From positions 352,001 to 416,000 of IMG/VR virus record IMGVR_UViG_3300021431_000075: a DNA stretch of 64,000 nucleotides. One strand, 5' to 3'. Under the pieces are notes generated by a model. That model did not search any database. It was not told the DNA's origin and was given only the letters and a program-made list of their open reading frames with translations. This DNA is from a virus (taxonomy: Duplodnaviria; Caudoviricetes). Shown piece after piece: positions 1-10,600 of the stretch. Within the stretch, counting starts at the first letter, position 1; the number at the start of each line of letters is the position of its first letter. The position numbers were made by a program, and so were the translations under genes.

Positions 1-1
1 T

Positions 2-1012
2 CTCGGTTATTATCAGGACGGTCGCGAGTTCCTGTTCAGCGAACTTGGATGCACAGGTTCTATTGTTGCATTGTTGAAGGATGCAATGATGCCTAACCTT
101 GTTCAGACGACAGAGAACACTCCTGCCATTGTTCATGGCGGACCGTTTGCCAATATTGCACATGGATGCAATACGGTTGTTGCTACGAAGATGGGTCTGA
201 GTTTGTCTGATTATGTAGTGACAGAGGCTGGCTTCGGCGCGGATTTGGGTGCAGAGAAGTTCTATGACATCAAGTGTCGTGAACTTGGAAGGTTCCCTGA
301 CTTGACTGTTCTTGTCGTTACTTGCCAGGGACTAAAGATGCACGGCGGATGTCCGGAAAGCGAAATCAAGAATCCGAATATTGATATGCTTAAGAAAGGT
401 TTTGCAAATCTGGATGCGCATATTATGAATATCCGTGGATTTGGACAGAAGTCTGTCGTGTCTTTCAACAGGTTTGCTGACGATACTGATGATGAAATCA
501 AGGCATTGGTTGAGCATTGTAATCAACTTGGTGTGGAGTGTATCGTGAATGATGCTTTCTTGAATGGCGGAGAAGGTGCTGTTGAACTTGCAAATGCTGT
601 TGTCAATACGATTGCGGATGATTCTTATACTCTTGCTGGACGTTATTTGTACAATCTTGATGTTGATGTGCGTACAAAGATAGAGTCTGTCGTGAAGAAT
701 GTTTACGGTGCAGATAATGTTGTCTATTCTGATAAGGCTTCGAAGATGCTTGATAAGGTTGATTCAGAACCGTATTACAAGAACTTCCCGGTTTGTATAG
801 CAAAAACACAGTATTCGTTCACGGACAATCCGAAGGATTATGTTACGATTACCGGATTCGACTTTACGATACGCGATGTCGTGATAAACCGCGGTTCCGG
901 ATTCATTGTCGCTATTGCAGGAGAGATGATGAGAATGCCGGGACTTCCTAAACATCCATGTGCAGAGAAGATAGATGTGGATGAGAACGGAGACATAATA
1001 GGTCTCAGTTAA
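2..1012 (+). CDS. fhs: Formate-tetrahydrofolate ligase, 5' truncated by window edge
   Basis: Frame open from base 2. Motifs PNLVQT, HGGPFANIAHGCN, TEAGFGADLGAEKF, CIAKTQYSF, MMRMPGLP. Confidence 0.97.
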   Translation, partial: LGYYQDGREFLFSELGCTGSIVALLKDAMMPNLVQTTENTPAIVHGGPFANIAHGCNTVVATKMGLSLSDYVVTEAGFGADLGAEKFYDIKCRELGRFPDLTVLVVTCQGLKMHGGCPESEIKNPNIDMLKKGFANLDAHIMNIRGFGQKSVVSFNRFADDTDDEIKALVEHCNQLGVECIVNDAFLNGGEGAVELANAVVNTIADDSYTLAGRYLYNLDVDVRTKIESVVKNVYGADNVVYSDKASKMLDKVDSEPYYKNFPVCIAKTQYSFTDNPKDYVTITGFDFTIRDVVINRGSGFIVAIAGEMMRMPGLPKHPCAEKIDVDENGDIIGLS

Positions 1013-1036
1013 TTTTGTAGCATTTTGTGTATTTTG

Positions 1037-1071
1037 AAAGCAGTTTTTGAGAGATTCAAGAACTGCTTTTT
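1037..1071 (+). terminator. Intrinsic terminator
   Basis: aaagcagtttttga / tcaagaactgcttt stem followed by T run, after fhs. Confidence 0.75.
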
Positions 1072-1135
1072 GTTAATTTTTCTTAAAAAGATGAAGTTTT
1101 GTTGCTGAATTGTTTCTGCTTTTGAAAATTCTTAT

Positions 1136-1145
1136 TATATTTGCA
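1136..1145 (+). promoter_or_regulatory. Bacteroidetes primary-sigma -7 element (TAnnTTTG)
   Basis: TATATTTGCA about 35 nt upstream of the ATG at 1178. Confidence 0.7.
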
Positions 1146-1177
1146 TTATATTGTAGAACGTAAAAACAGATTGTCAA

Positions 1178-2389
1178 ATGTTAGATAGGCTTTTTGAAAG
1201 AATGTTTCCGAAGAGAGATGCAGGTTCCGATACTTGTTTCCTGATTAATAGCGACTTGACTGTCAATATGGACGAAGTTAAGAAAATCAAGGAGTTTCTT
1301 GTGCTTAAGGATACGATGCAGAACGAAGCGTATCATAGCGAAGGAAATGCATGGAATCATACGATGCTGGTATGCAAGGAAATGCGTGACATGCTCATGA
1401 GTTGCGCTTATGGTGATTTTAGCGAAACGAATCGGAAGATTCTTATGCTTGCTGCATTGTGTCATGACCTCGGAAAGGGAAATTCGACATACTGGTCGGA
1501 AGAAGAGAATACGTGGAAATGCAAGTCGCATGGTCTTGCCGGCGAGAAGATAACTCGTGATATTCTGTTCGACCTTCCTGTTGAAATGAGAGAAGAAGTC
1601 TGCTGGCTTGTCCGCTGGCATATGAACTTTCATCATATTCTTGACAAGGGTTTTGAAGGCGCGCAGAGCGGAATCAAGAAACTGATGAATGGAAATTCCT
1701 CATTGAACAAGCTCTTGCTGTTGAACTTGTGTGACTCGCTCGGTTCAATCGGCAAGGATTATTCAAGGGATATGTGCTTTAGAAAAGCTGGAAGGATAGA
1801 GCAGTTGCTCAAGCAGATGCATGTCTATGATACAGACTGGACTATCAAAGAAGAAAATCCGGATGAGGAAAAGTACAGGATGTATGTGCTGATAGGTCTT
1901 CCGGGTAGCGGTAAGGATACTTATATCAGAGAAGCATTGAATCCGGACTGGATTGGAGATTGTGCCATGACTAAAGAATGTATCAAGTATCCTGTTATTT
2001 GCCGTGATGATATTCGCGAAGAGTTGGAAGATGGAAAAGTTGTTGGAAGAAAACTGTGTCTTGACGCGTCAGGCGAAGCGACAGTTACGCAAATTGTCAA
2101 TGAGAGAATCGAAGAATGCTGTAAGAAGAAGCAGTCGTTCATCATTAATCAGACATCATTGAAGAAGAAATACAGAGACGAGTTTAGAAGAATCGCGTTC
2201 GGCGCATCGGACGAGCATCCGAAAATCGTCTATGTATATATAGAGGCTCCGTCTATTGACGAGTGTATCAGAAGACGTAATGAAACGTCTAATATCGATT
2301 GGACAAATATTGTTCGCAATATGTGGAGCAACTTTGAGTTTCCGACACCGGACGAGTATGATGTTTTGAAAATCATTAAGCAACAATAA
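1178..2389 (+). CDS. HD phosphohydrolase fused to P-loop (PNK/AAA_33-like) kinase
   Basis: YHSEGNAWNHT...LCHDLGKG HD domain; C-terminal GLPGSGKDT Walker A and ICRDDIR. Confidence 0.85.
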   Translation: MLDRLFERMFPKRDAGSDTCFLINSDLTVNMDEVKKIKEFLVLKDTMQNEAYHSEGNAWNHTMLVCKEMRDMLMSCAYGDFSETNRKILMLAALCHDLGKGNSTYWSEEENTWKCKSHGLAGEKITRDILFDLPVEMREEVCWLVRWHMNFHHILDKGFEGAQSGIKKLMNGNSSLNKLLLLNLCDSLGSIGKDYSRDMCFRKAGRIEQLLKQMHVYDTDWTIKEENPDEEKYRMYVLIGLPGSGKDTYIREALNPDWIGDCAMTKECIKYPVICRDDIREELEDGKVVGRKLCLDASGEATVTQIVNERIEECCKKKQSFIINQTSLKKKYRDEFRRIAFGASDEHPKIVYVYIEAPSIDECIRRRNETSNIDWTNIVRNMWSNFEFPTPDEYDVLKIIKQQ

Positions 2390-2394
2390 GATAT

Positions 2395-3336
2395 ATGGAG
2401 AAAGAAAGTTATCTGGTTTTTGCCGGAACCAGCACGAAATATCTGGCAAATGATATTTGTAGAGAACTTGGCTGTCCGCTTGGCAATATGATTGTCACCA
2501 GATTTGCAGATGGCGAGTTTGCAGTTTCATATGAAGAGAGTATTCGCGGTCGTGATGTATTTCTCGTGCAGAGTACGTTTCCGAGTTCAGACAATCTGAT
2601 GGAACTGCTTTTGATGATTGATGCTGCAAAGCGTGCATCGGCAAAGACAATAAATGCAGTCATTCCGTATTTCGGATGGGCAAGACAGGACCGCAAAGAC
2701 AAGCCGAGAGTGAGTCTTGGATGCAAGCTTGTTGCCGATATGTTGTCTGTTGCCGGAATCACCCGATTGATAACGATGGACTTGCATGCTGATCAGGAGC
2801 AGGGGTTCTTCAATGTTCCGGTTGATCATCTCTATGCATCGTCGGTGTTGATTCCGTACATCGAGAGTTTGCATATTGACAACATGGTCATTGCCGCTCC
2901 GGATATGGGTGGTAGTAAGAGGGCGAACACGTATTCAAAGTATTTCGGTTGCCCGATGGTTCTATGCAACAAGACCCGTCAGGTGGCAAACAAGGTTGCC
3001 GGAATGCAGATTATCGGCGATGTCAAGGACAAGAACGTTATTCTTGTTGATGATATTGTAGATACGGCAGGAACTATTACGATGGCAGCTGACTTGATGA
3101 AAGAGAACGGCGCGAATACTGTCCGTGCTATTGTTTCGCACGGTATTATGAGTCATCCGGCTTCAGAACGAATAATGAATAGCAGTTTGGAAGAGATGGT
3201 TTTTACAGACAGCATTCCGTTGACTGACGAGAAGAGGATATCAAAGGTCAAGCAGGTTTCTATCGCCGGTCTGCTTGCAGAAACAATAAGGCGATGTGTG
3301 AACAATGAATCAATCAGTAGTCAATATCTTATTTGA
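2395..3336 (+). CDS. prs: Ribose-phosphate pyrophosphokinase
   Basis: FADGE, PYFGWARQDRK, MDLHA, ILVDDIVDTAGT. Confidence 0.97.
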   Translation: MEKESYLVFAGTSTKYLANDICRELGCPLGNMIVTRFADGEFAVSYEESIRGRDVFLVQSTFPSSDNLMELLLMIDAAKRASAKTINAVIPYFGWARQDRKDKPRVSLGCKLVADMLSVAGITRLITMDLHADQEQGFFNVPVDHLYASSVLIPYIESLHIDNMVIAAPDMGGSKRANTYSKYFGCPMVLCNKTRQVANKVAGMQIIGDVKDKNVILVDDIVDTAGTITMAADLMKENGANTVRAIVSHGIMSHPASERIMNSSLEEMVFTDSIPLTDEKRISKVKQVSIAGLLAETIRRCVNNESISSQYLI

Positions 3337-3346
3337 TTTTTAGTTT

Positions 3347-4705
3347 ATGGGAAAGAAATTAACATTTGATTATATAAGAGAACACGGAATGCTTTTGTAT
3401 GAGTATATCCGTGGTTCCAAGTGTCAGGGGCTTGATTTGCCTACATCAGATACGGATTATGGTGGGGTGTATATTTGCAATCCTGACGAGTTGCTCGGTC
3501 TTGGGATTAATTATGAACCGCAGGTCGAGAATGATAGTCATGATATTGTATGGTATGAACTCAACAGGTTTGTCGAACTGCTTACAAAGTCAAATCCTAC
3601 TGTTCTTGAAGCATTGTTCGTAGATGACGAGTTTGTCGTGTATGAGCATCCGATTATTACGGAACTTAAGAAGAACAAGAATATGTTCTTGACGCAGGCG
3701 GCATTTCCAAGTTTCTATGGATATTCGGTTCAGCAAATCAAGAAAGCGCAGGGTCTCAACAAGAAGATTGTGAATCCCGTCTATGAGCGACTTGGACTTC
3801 TTGACTTTTGCTATACGTTCTATCGTCAGGGAAGCAGCAAAATCAAGAACTGGCTTGATTATAGGAATCTGAACCAGAGGTATTGCGGTTTGATCAATAT
3901 TCCGAATATGAAAGGTGTTTTCGGAGTCTATTATGACTGGAAAGCATTCTTTGAAGATAATGGTATTTCTGCAAATGACTTGGTGAATGTTGTTAAGGAT
4001 TTTAACAAGGGCAATTATATATTGCAAGATATCGTTTCCTTGTTAAAAGATGCAAGAGAATCTAATAGCGACAATCTTGATGAACTTGAAGAGTTGTATA
4101 AGAAGGCAACGATGCATAACATGGTCAAGTTCATTCTTGACAATCTGTGTTTTGGTGCAAATTCTGATACTGCTCAGGAAGACATTAAGAACTGGTACTT
4201 CGCGCAACCTGTTAAGGGTTATCGAGGAATCGTTAAGGAAGGTTGTGATTCTCAAGAAGTTAGGCTTTCTTCTATTTTAAAGGGTGATGTTGCAATCTGC
4301 AATATATGCTATAACCGGGACGGGTACGGCGTTCATTGCAAGGAATACAATGAGTACAAGAAATGGGAGGCTGAAAGGAACCCGGAGCGTTTCCGTATCA
4401 ATGTGGAGAACGGCAGACGCTATGACAGCAAGAACATGTGCGCTTCATGCAGGTTGCTCAATACCGCAGTTGAACTTGCAAGAGACGGAGTTTATAATGT
4501 GAACAGAAGAAACATCGACAGGGATTTCCTTCTTGATGTAAAACTCGGAAAGATGTCTTACGAGTACCTGATTGAGTATCTTATGAAGAAGAAAGAGGAA
4601 ATGGAAGAAGCGATTAAGACCACGAAGCTTCCAGAGAAAGTTGATGTGGATGCTGTCAATAATCTTCTTATCAAGATACGCCATGAGCAATTAAGCAAGG
4701 CGTAG
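3347..4705 (+). CDS. Pol-beta superfamily nucleotidyltransferase (RlaP/YcgL-like)
   Basis: RGS-x8-SDTDYGGVY motif; KSNPTVLEALF; YDSKNM helical C-terminus. Confidence 0.8.
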   Translation: MGKKLTFDYIREHGMLLYEYIRGSKCQGLDLPTSDTDYGGVYICNPDELLGLGINYEPQVENDSHDIVWYELNRFVELLTKSNPTVLEALFVDDEFVVYEHPIITELKKNKNMFLTQAAFPSFYGYSVQQIKKAQGLNKKIVNPVYERLGLLDFCYTFYRQGSSKIKNWLDYRNLNQRYCGLINIPNMKGVFGVYYDWKAFFEDNGISANDLVNVVKDFNKGNYILQDIVSLLKDARESNSDNLDELEELYKKATMHNMVKFILDNLCFGANSDTAQEDIKNWYFAQPVKGYRGIVKEGCDSQEVRLSSILKGDVAICNICYNRDGYGVHCKEYNEYKKWEAERNPERFRINVENGRRYDSKNMCASCRLLNTAVELARDGVYNVNRRNIDRDFLLDVKLGKMSYEYLIEYLMKKKEEMEEAIKTTKLPEKVDVDAVNNLLIKIRHEQLSKA

Positions 4706-4742
4706 ATTGCTTTTGTTTCAGTTTTTGTATTTTTGTTGTGTT

Positions 4743-4775
4743 CCGGATGGCTATTCTTAGTCATCCGGTTTTTTT
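4743..4775. terminator. Terminator between convergent genes
   Basis: ccggatggcta / tagtcatccgg stem plus T7. Confidence 0.8.
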
Positions 4776-6135
4776 AAATGAAGTGGTTATATTCGACGGT
4801 TTTTCCATATTTGTAAGCAATGTCATTGTCTGAATACATAACCCTGATAGGAAGCGATGGATGTTTTTGCGGTCTGTTTTGTTGCTGGTTCTGTGCAAGT
4901 TTCGGTTGTTGAACTGGGGATTGTTGGACTTTTTTCAGTTCTTCTTTCTTTTCTATTACAGGCTTCTGCTCTTCTATTTCTTCAATCTTATGGATGACGA
5001 CTTCCGGCTTTCCTTCTTCTTTTGTTTCTTTATGTTCGGTTTGCATGACAGGTTCGTCTTTCTTTTCTGTCTTTGTGAATTCGCCGGTTCTGATTGACTC
5101 TATGATGTTCAGCATTCCTTCGTTCTCCGCAGTTATCAGTTTGTACTTCAGTTCGTCTTCTTCCTTGCAGAGCTTGTCATAGAGACCATGCGACATGACA
5201 AGCTTGAAGAAAGACGGGATGATTTCAATGGTGATGAACAGCATCGTAATCATGAGTGATATTAGACTGGATGAACTGTTTTCGGATTTGAGGTTGCAGA
5301 ACGCTTCATATCTGGCAATGAAACCGTCGTCGAAAGTGTTGTCAACTTGCTTTTCTGTTATGATGACTGTGCTTGAAATGTTGTCTATTCTTGTCTTTAG
5401 AATCTCAAGCGTGTGATTGTTGATTCTGTTCCAGTTGTCAAGTTCTTCTTGGCACTTCTCCACATATCTTTTCTTGTCCTCGTATATGGGACCGTGACCG
5501 GCGACACCGGATTTTGCATGTCCTTCCGCTTCTGTCCGCAGGTCTTTTTCTGCTTGAAGAAGTTCGTTTGATAGTTTGCTTCTCTCTGCAATCAGTTTGT
5601 TTTGCTTTGCTTCAAGTCTTGATAGTTCTGTTAGGTCTGACGAGCTTGTCTTGGTTTCTGTCTTTCTGTTGATGTTGTCCGCTATGATTTGCGAGTCTAT
5701 CTTGTCGGAGAATATCTTCATCTCAAGCGGGGTCGAGATGACGACGCCGAGAAAGAAAGCAAGGATGAATCTTGGAAGCGCCGCCTTTATCTTCATCCAG
5801 TTCAGGAAAGGAGAGTCGTCAACATACATCGAGTTGACGATATATCGGTCAAGATTGAATATCATGCATCCCCAGACGAGTCCGAATAAGACTGATGCAA
5901 TAACAGAGTTGAATATGAAGAACAAGGCATAAGCGCCTGATATTGCAGCCATGATTCCGGTGAACAGGATGGTTCCGCCGACTCCTGCATATTTCGACTG
6001 CTCGTTGTCGCATCTTCTTATTATCTTCTTGTTGATGCCCGCGCAAGACCAGAGGAATTCATTGATGAAACCGAATTTCTTTTCATTTGCTTGTTTTTTG
6101 TCTTCATCTTCTAAATTTTTAAGAATGTCAAACAT
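4774..6135 (-). CDS. DUF4407-like membrane protein with coiled coil
   Basis: KYAGVGGTILFTG, WGCMIFNLDRYIV, PRFILAFFLGVVISTPLEMKIF, GVAGHGP; several hydrophobic helices. Confidence 0.75.
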   Translation of the reverse strand: MFDILKNLEDEDKKQANEKKFGFINEFLWSCAGINKKIIRRCDNEQSKYAGVGGTILFTGIMAAISGAYALFFIFNSVIASVLFGLVWGCMIFNLDRYIVNSMYVDDSPFLNWMKIKAALPRFILAFFLGVVISTPLEMKIFSDKIDSQIIADNINRKTETKTSSSDLTELSRLEAKQNKLIAERSKLSNELLQAEKDLRTEAEGHAKSGVAGHGPIYEDKKRYVEKCQEELDNWNRINNHTLEILKTRIDNISSTVIITEKQVDNTFDDGFIARYEAFCNLKSENSSSSLISLMITMLFITIEIIPSFFKLVMSHGLYDKLCKEEDELKYKLITAENEGMLNIIESIRTGEFTKTEKKDEPVMQTEHKETKEEGKPEVVIHKIEEIEEQKPVIEKKEELKKVQQSPVQQPKLAQNQQQNRPQKHPSLPIRVMYSDNDIAYKYGKTVEYNHFI

Positions 6136-6180
6136 AATTTATATAAATAGCGGTCTGTCGGTTTTGGATAGACGCTTTTC

Positions 6181-6188
6181 TATTTATT
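6181..6188 (-). promoter_or_regulatory. Late-type promoter (AATAAATA)
   Basis: TATTTATT on + strand, about 45 nt upstream of the 6135 start. Confidence 0.5.
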
Positions 6189-6210
6189 GAAAAAGAAAGA
6201 ACTTGCCGTT

Positions 6211-6612
6211 TTAAGCAAGTTCTTTCTTTCTGTATATCTTCATTGTTCTGAAGTCTTCTTCAAGAGGATCGTTGAGATGTGTCGCCTTTATTATCTTTTC
6301 ATGGAAGTCTTTGTAGTTTCGGAGCCATAAGCAGACTTCATGTTCAGTTACTGGCTGAACTGACAGCAGGTCTTCCTCTGTTACTCCGCATTCGCCGCAA
6401 TCCGTTTTATGTTTTCCCAAGTCATATGGATGACCAAAAAAGTAGTAGTGATTGTATTCAGAGCAGTTGTACTTCTTTTCATATTTGTATGTGGCAATGG
6501 CAGTTTTCACTGTGTTGTCATTTCTGTACGATTGTGTATATCGTATCTTTACGATTGTGTTCTTTGGGACTCTGAGTGTGCAGATTTCTTGTGGTTTTTT
6601 CTTGTTTTCCAT
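6211..6612 (-). CDS. Hypothetical protein
   Basis: 133-aa ORF preceded by a TAtcTTTG element. Confidence 0.75.
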   Translation of the reverse strand: MENKKKPQEICTLRVPKNTIVKIRYTQSYRNDNTVKTAIATYKYEKKYNCSEYNHYYFFGHPYDLGKHKTDCGECGVTEEDLLSVQPVTEHEVCLWLRNYKDFHEKIIKATHLNDPLEEDFRTMKIYRKKELA

Positions 6613-6636
6613 AAAATGACGCTTTTGAGTTTATGC

Positions 6637-6646
6637 TGCAAAGATA
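6637..6646 (-). promoter_or_regulatory. Bacteroidetes -7 element
   Basis: Reverse complement TATCTTTGCA upstream of 6612. Confidence 0.65.
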
Positions 6647-6695
6647 TAAATTTTTTTTGATTTGTGAAAAGATTTTGGCTATTATTTTAAAATAG

Positions 6696-6734
6696 AAAGA
6701 GTCTGCGGTTCCGGATATTCGCAGACTCTTTTTT
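6696..6734. terminator. Intrinsic terminator
   Basis: aaagagtctgcg / cgcagactcttt stem flanked by A and T runs. Confidence 0.75.
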
Positions 6735-6750
6735 GTAGAAGTTTGAAATC

Positions 6751-6954
6751 TTATAGACTGAACAAGATGATTGCGATGATTATCACGCCGATGCTGCAGC
6801 CGATGTAGATGTTCTTCTTTGAAGTGTTCGGTTCTTGCTTGTAGTTTTCAAGAAAGTTTGTTTCGGCGTCTTCATTGTTTTGTTCGATGTCGCTTTCGTC
6901 TATGAACTCGTCATTGTCGTTGATAAGTTCCTCGTTGAATTCTTCTGTCTTCAT
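6751..6954 (-). CDS. Small acidic protein with C-terminal membrane anchor
   Basis: Acidic N-terminus; IYIGCSIGVIIIAIILFSL tail; 4-nt overlap with upstream gene. Confidence 0.7.
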   Translation of the reverse strand: MKTEEFNEELINDNDEFIDESDIEQNNEDAETNFLENYKQEPNTSKKNIYIGCSIGVIIIAIILFSL

Positions 6955-7424
6955 TTTGCTACGAATTTGAGTTTTCTTATGATTTTGTTGAATGATTCGG
7001 TTTTGTTCGGACGTTTGTAGTTCATCTCTTTTGAAATGTTGAACATATAACCGTTAGCCCATCTATGCCTGTTTTCTCGTACATTCCATAAGCAGTCTCT
7101 TAAAACGACAGCAGATAAGTATGAGTCTTTTGGTTGTTTGACCTTGTTCTTGTCAAGAATTGTGTAGTACCAGCCGTTCTTCTGGTCTTGTGAGAAGAAC
7201 AGGCTTTCCTGCATGAGTATCATCTTGTTTGTCTTGTTCTCTGAGAACACGAACGCGATGTGCTTGAACTTCTTGTCTGTGAACAAGGTGTCTCCGTTGA
7301 CATAGTACTTGACTGTGCATACTTTGTCGGTGTGACGCCATACAGACACTGTGTCGATTTTTGCGGCTGATGCCGATAATGTTGCCAGCATGAATACTAA
7401 TGCTGCGATTGCTAAATGTTTCAT
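6951..7424 (-). CDS. Secreted hypothetical protein
   Basis: Signal peptide MKHLAIAALVFMLATLSASA. Start moved to 7424 because a promoter lies at 7468-7477. Confidence 0.75.
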   Translation of the reverse strand: MKHLAIAALVFMLATLSASAAKIDTVSVWRHTDKVCTVKYYVNGDTLFTDKKFKHIAFVFSENKTNKMILMQESLFFSQDQKNGWYYTILDKNKVKQPKDSYLSAVVLRDCLWNVRENRHRWANGYMFNISKEMNYKRPNKTESFNKIIRKLKFVAK

Positions 7425-7467
7425 TGCTTCTTTGTATTTTAGTTGTTTGACAAAATGTTTTTGATAG

Positions 7468-7477
7468 TGCAAATATA
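7468..7477 (-). promoter_or_regulatory. Bacteroidetes -7 element
   Basis: Reverse complement TATATTTGCA. Confidence 0.65.
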
Positions 7478-7576
7478 ATGAATGTTTTTCATTAGACATA
7501 GCATTATTGATTAAAATGTTGTATTTTTAATATTTTTTAGGAAATGATTATTAGATAGGCAGATCTTTGGAAAATA

Positions 7577-7591
7577 GATAAATACAATACA
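7577..7591 (+). promoter_or_regulatory. Late-type promoter GATAAATA
   Basis: GATAAATACAATACA, identical to the 15-mer at 20063. Confidence 0.65.
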
Positions 7592-7632
7592 TGCAATGAT
7601 GCTGTTTTTATATAAAACGATTTTATGTTGTA

Positions 7633-10600
7633 ATGAATATTCTTTTGGAAAAAAACCATGTTCTTGATGAAGGAGTCTTGTTCGAGCAGAATATGAATAA
7701 TTATGCCACTTTGTTCAACAAGGTTAACATCTATTCAAAGCGTGGATATATGGCTTCTCTTAACGAGAGCAATAGCAGGCATTTCAGGTCGAAGTTCGGG
7801 TACAATCCCGATATTCTTTTCAGTGTTGAAGAACGTGAGTCGGTACGTGACTTGTTCTGTCAGATAAGAGCGCATCTTGTCGAGCAGATGAATCGTGAAC
7901 TTGCAGACGCTCAGGCGCAGATGATTTACGAGGGAGTCTGGGACAATATCAAGAGCGGTGTCAAGAAAGGCGTTGATGCTGTCAAGAACAAGCTTGATGC
8001 GATTTCGGAGAAGTACAAGAAAGGAATAGAACTCATCAACAAGATTATCAAAGACGGCGTCAGTTCGGTTAAGGATTTCTTATCGAAGATTGGAAAACTG
8101 TTCTCGACTCTCGGTGATAATTTCGCAGAGGTTGTCGAGAAACTTGGTGGGGGTTCTAAGGATGAAACCGCTGAGGATGATTCTGTTTCCCTGAACATAA
8201 ACAAGGCATATCTTGAAGTTGTTCCTGAAAACCAGAGAACTGTGTTCGGACATGTTATCGAATACATTGTCGAGATGTTCAAGAATGACAAGGACAAGGC
8301 AAAGCAGCTTGTGAACGAGGGCTTTGTTGACGCTGTGGCAAAGAACAAGGTTCTTCAGTTCATTATCGGTCATAGGGAAGGAAAGCAGTGGGGATGGTGG
8401 CATACCATTCTTGTTTCCATTATCGGTTCGTTCATCGTTTCTGTCATTCTTCCGATGTCTTTGTGCCTGTTCGGAATTGGCGGTTCGGCTGCGGCTGTTA
8501 TCTGCACGACTGTTGCCTGTGTGTGGTGCGGGCGCGGTTTGTTCAAGGTTCTTCTCAACAGATATCTGAACAAGGATCCGAAAGAGCGTTTCTTGGACAA
8601 GTGGACTGTTCTTGGCATATTCTTGTCTGTGGTTCCTGTCGTCGTGTTCAGGATTCCGGCGGTTCAGGATTTTATGCATGACTGTATCAAGGGGCTTTTC
8701 GAGTCGCTTGGTCTTGATAAGGCGATTGACAAGATTGAGGATTTTCTTACTTCCATTTATAAGCATTTTGCAGGGAAGAGTGTCGAGGAAGTCGATACTG
8801 TGAAGACCGGCGAATGGATTAAGGAGAGAGTCGAGTCGATTGCGAATGCCGGCGACACACATACTTCATTGATGGGAAGCGGTGGAGCGCATGCGTATAT
8901 TGACAGCCTGTTCAACGGAAAGAGTGATTTGAACTCTTTTACTGGAAAGGTCAGCGAGTTGAAGTCTTGGCTTGAGACTATCGCCGATGCAAAATGGACA
9001 AGTTCTACACAGATGCTGAATCATCTCCCTGAATTGTCAGGAAATGCTCCATTGACTACGGTTCTTGACGGAAACACATTCCAGCATGTTCCGAGAGAGG
9101 CATTGAGCAATGCGATTAAGGAGTTGTCCGGTCAGATGGGAATTCACTGCGAGCTTATCAACGCGTCGAACGATGCATTGAGAGACGCCACTCATAATAT
9201 GGCTGGAACTTCATTCGTTCTGGTTGCTGATGCGAATCCGACTTCGGAGAATGCGGCAATGCTCAATGATTTGATTAGAAAGACTGCGGAAAAGCTGGGT
9301 ATTCATAATGTAACGACATTCGGAAAGATTATGAATAACATTACAGATTTCGAGGAAGTTTTCCATGAGACGATTATCAACAATAAGACCATCCATACGC
9401 TGGTGGATACGATTGCAAGTTGCTTTACTCCGGTGTTCTGTCCGTTCTTTGACGAGAAGAAGTGGGGCGACTACAAGTTGAGTCTCGGTTCCAACGCGTC
9501 AGGTTATTCTGCTTATACGGTTACGAAGGTCGAGCATATGAAGTTCGACAAGGTTGTCGAGCTTGATTCTACGAACATGGCGATTCCTCTGCTTGTGAAG
9601 CATAGCGATGATGTTCTCAAGCAGCAGAGGGATATGCTTGTGAACAGCTATAAGGATGAAGCGAAGAAGACAGACGGCAAGCTTTCCACTGCTGTCAAGA
9701 AGTTCTTCAAGATTGAGACCAAGAAGTACAACGAGAGCACGAATATCGAGAAGCATGACATGGTTGTCATCTATGTTTCCGGGACTGTGAAGTACAGGAC
9801 GAAGGACGGAGAGAGAAAAGAAAAGGAATTGAAGAACGTTCCGGCTGTTGCTCTTGATATGAACACGATGATGTGTGTGGATATTGCGCCGTGGTTCAAA
9901 AAGCGCAGGAAAGTTCCATATTTTATGAAAGGCTTGTTCAGCAGGCTTGATTTCATGCCTGTTAAGAAAGATGACAACGACACGAAGGAGTTCATCCATA
10001 ATATGCTTGAAAAGACGATGGAGACCGCTTGTAAGTTCTGTGTTACATACGGTGTCGGTGGCTATTATGTCGAGTATTCGAAAGAGGAAAAGAAGTATGT
10101 TCCTGTTGATAAGAAGAACGCGGATGTCAATTATTTCGACATTGGCAATCTCACGGTGAACGAGCTGTGCGATGTCATTAACGAGGTTGATAATGCAGCA
10201 TACCAGTTGCTTGATGGAAAGTACGGCAAGAGAGTGATAATGAAGACCGGCAAGGACGGAAAGATGACGAAGAAAACTGGAGAGAACAATAACCTTATCG
10301 AGAAGAAGAGATATTCGAAGAAAGACGGAAAGTTCGTCGAGGATAAGAACGGCAAGTATGACTATATAGACGCGGTTGTGATTCCGTATATCTCAAGAAA
10401 GAAGTCGGCTGTTTATAAGGAACTTGCTGCTGACGAGGATGTTGCTGAAATCATCTTGACGAAAGACGGAGACATCGACACTTCTATCATAAATGATAAG
10501 GAGTTGAATCTGAAGCAGTTCCTATATAGACCGGGAAAGACCTTCGGAAAAGAAGACAAGGTCAATCTTGTGAACTCCATCAACAAGTATCTCAAGGGAA

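Noticed and set aside
2395-3336. Prs as the Adps of a phage NAD reconstitution pathway
   Set aside because: The sequence looks like canonical Bacteroidetes Prs, and no Namat/Nampt partner is adjacent or in the window.
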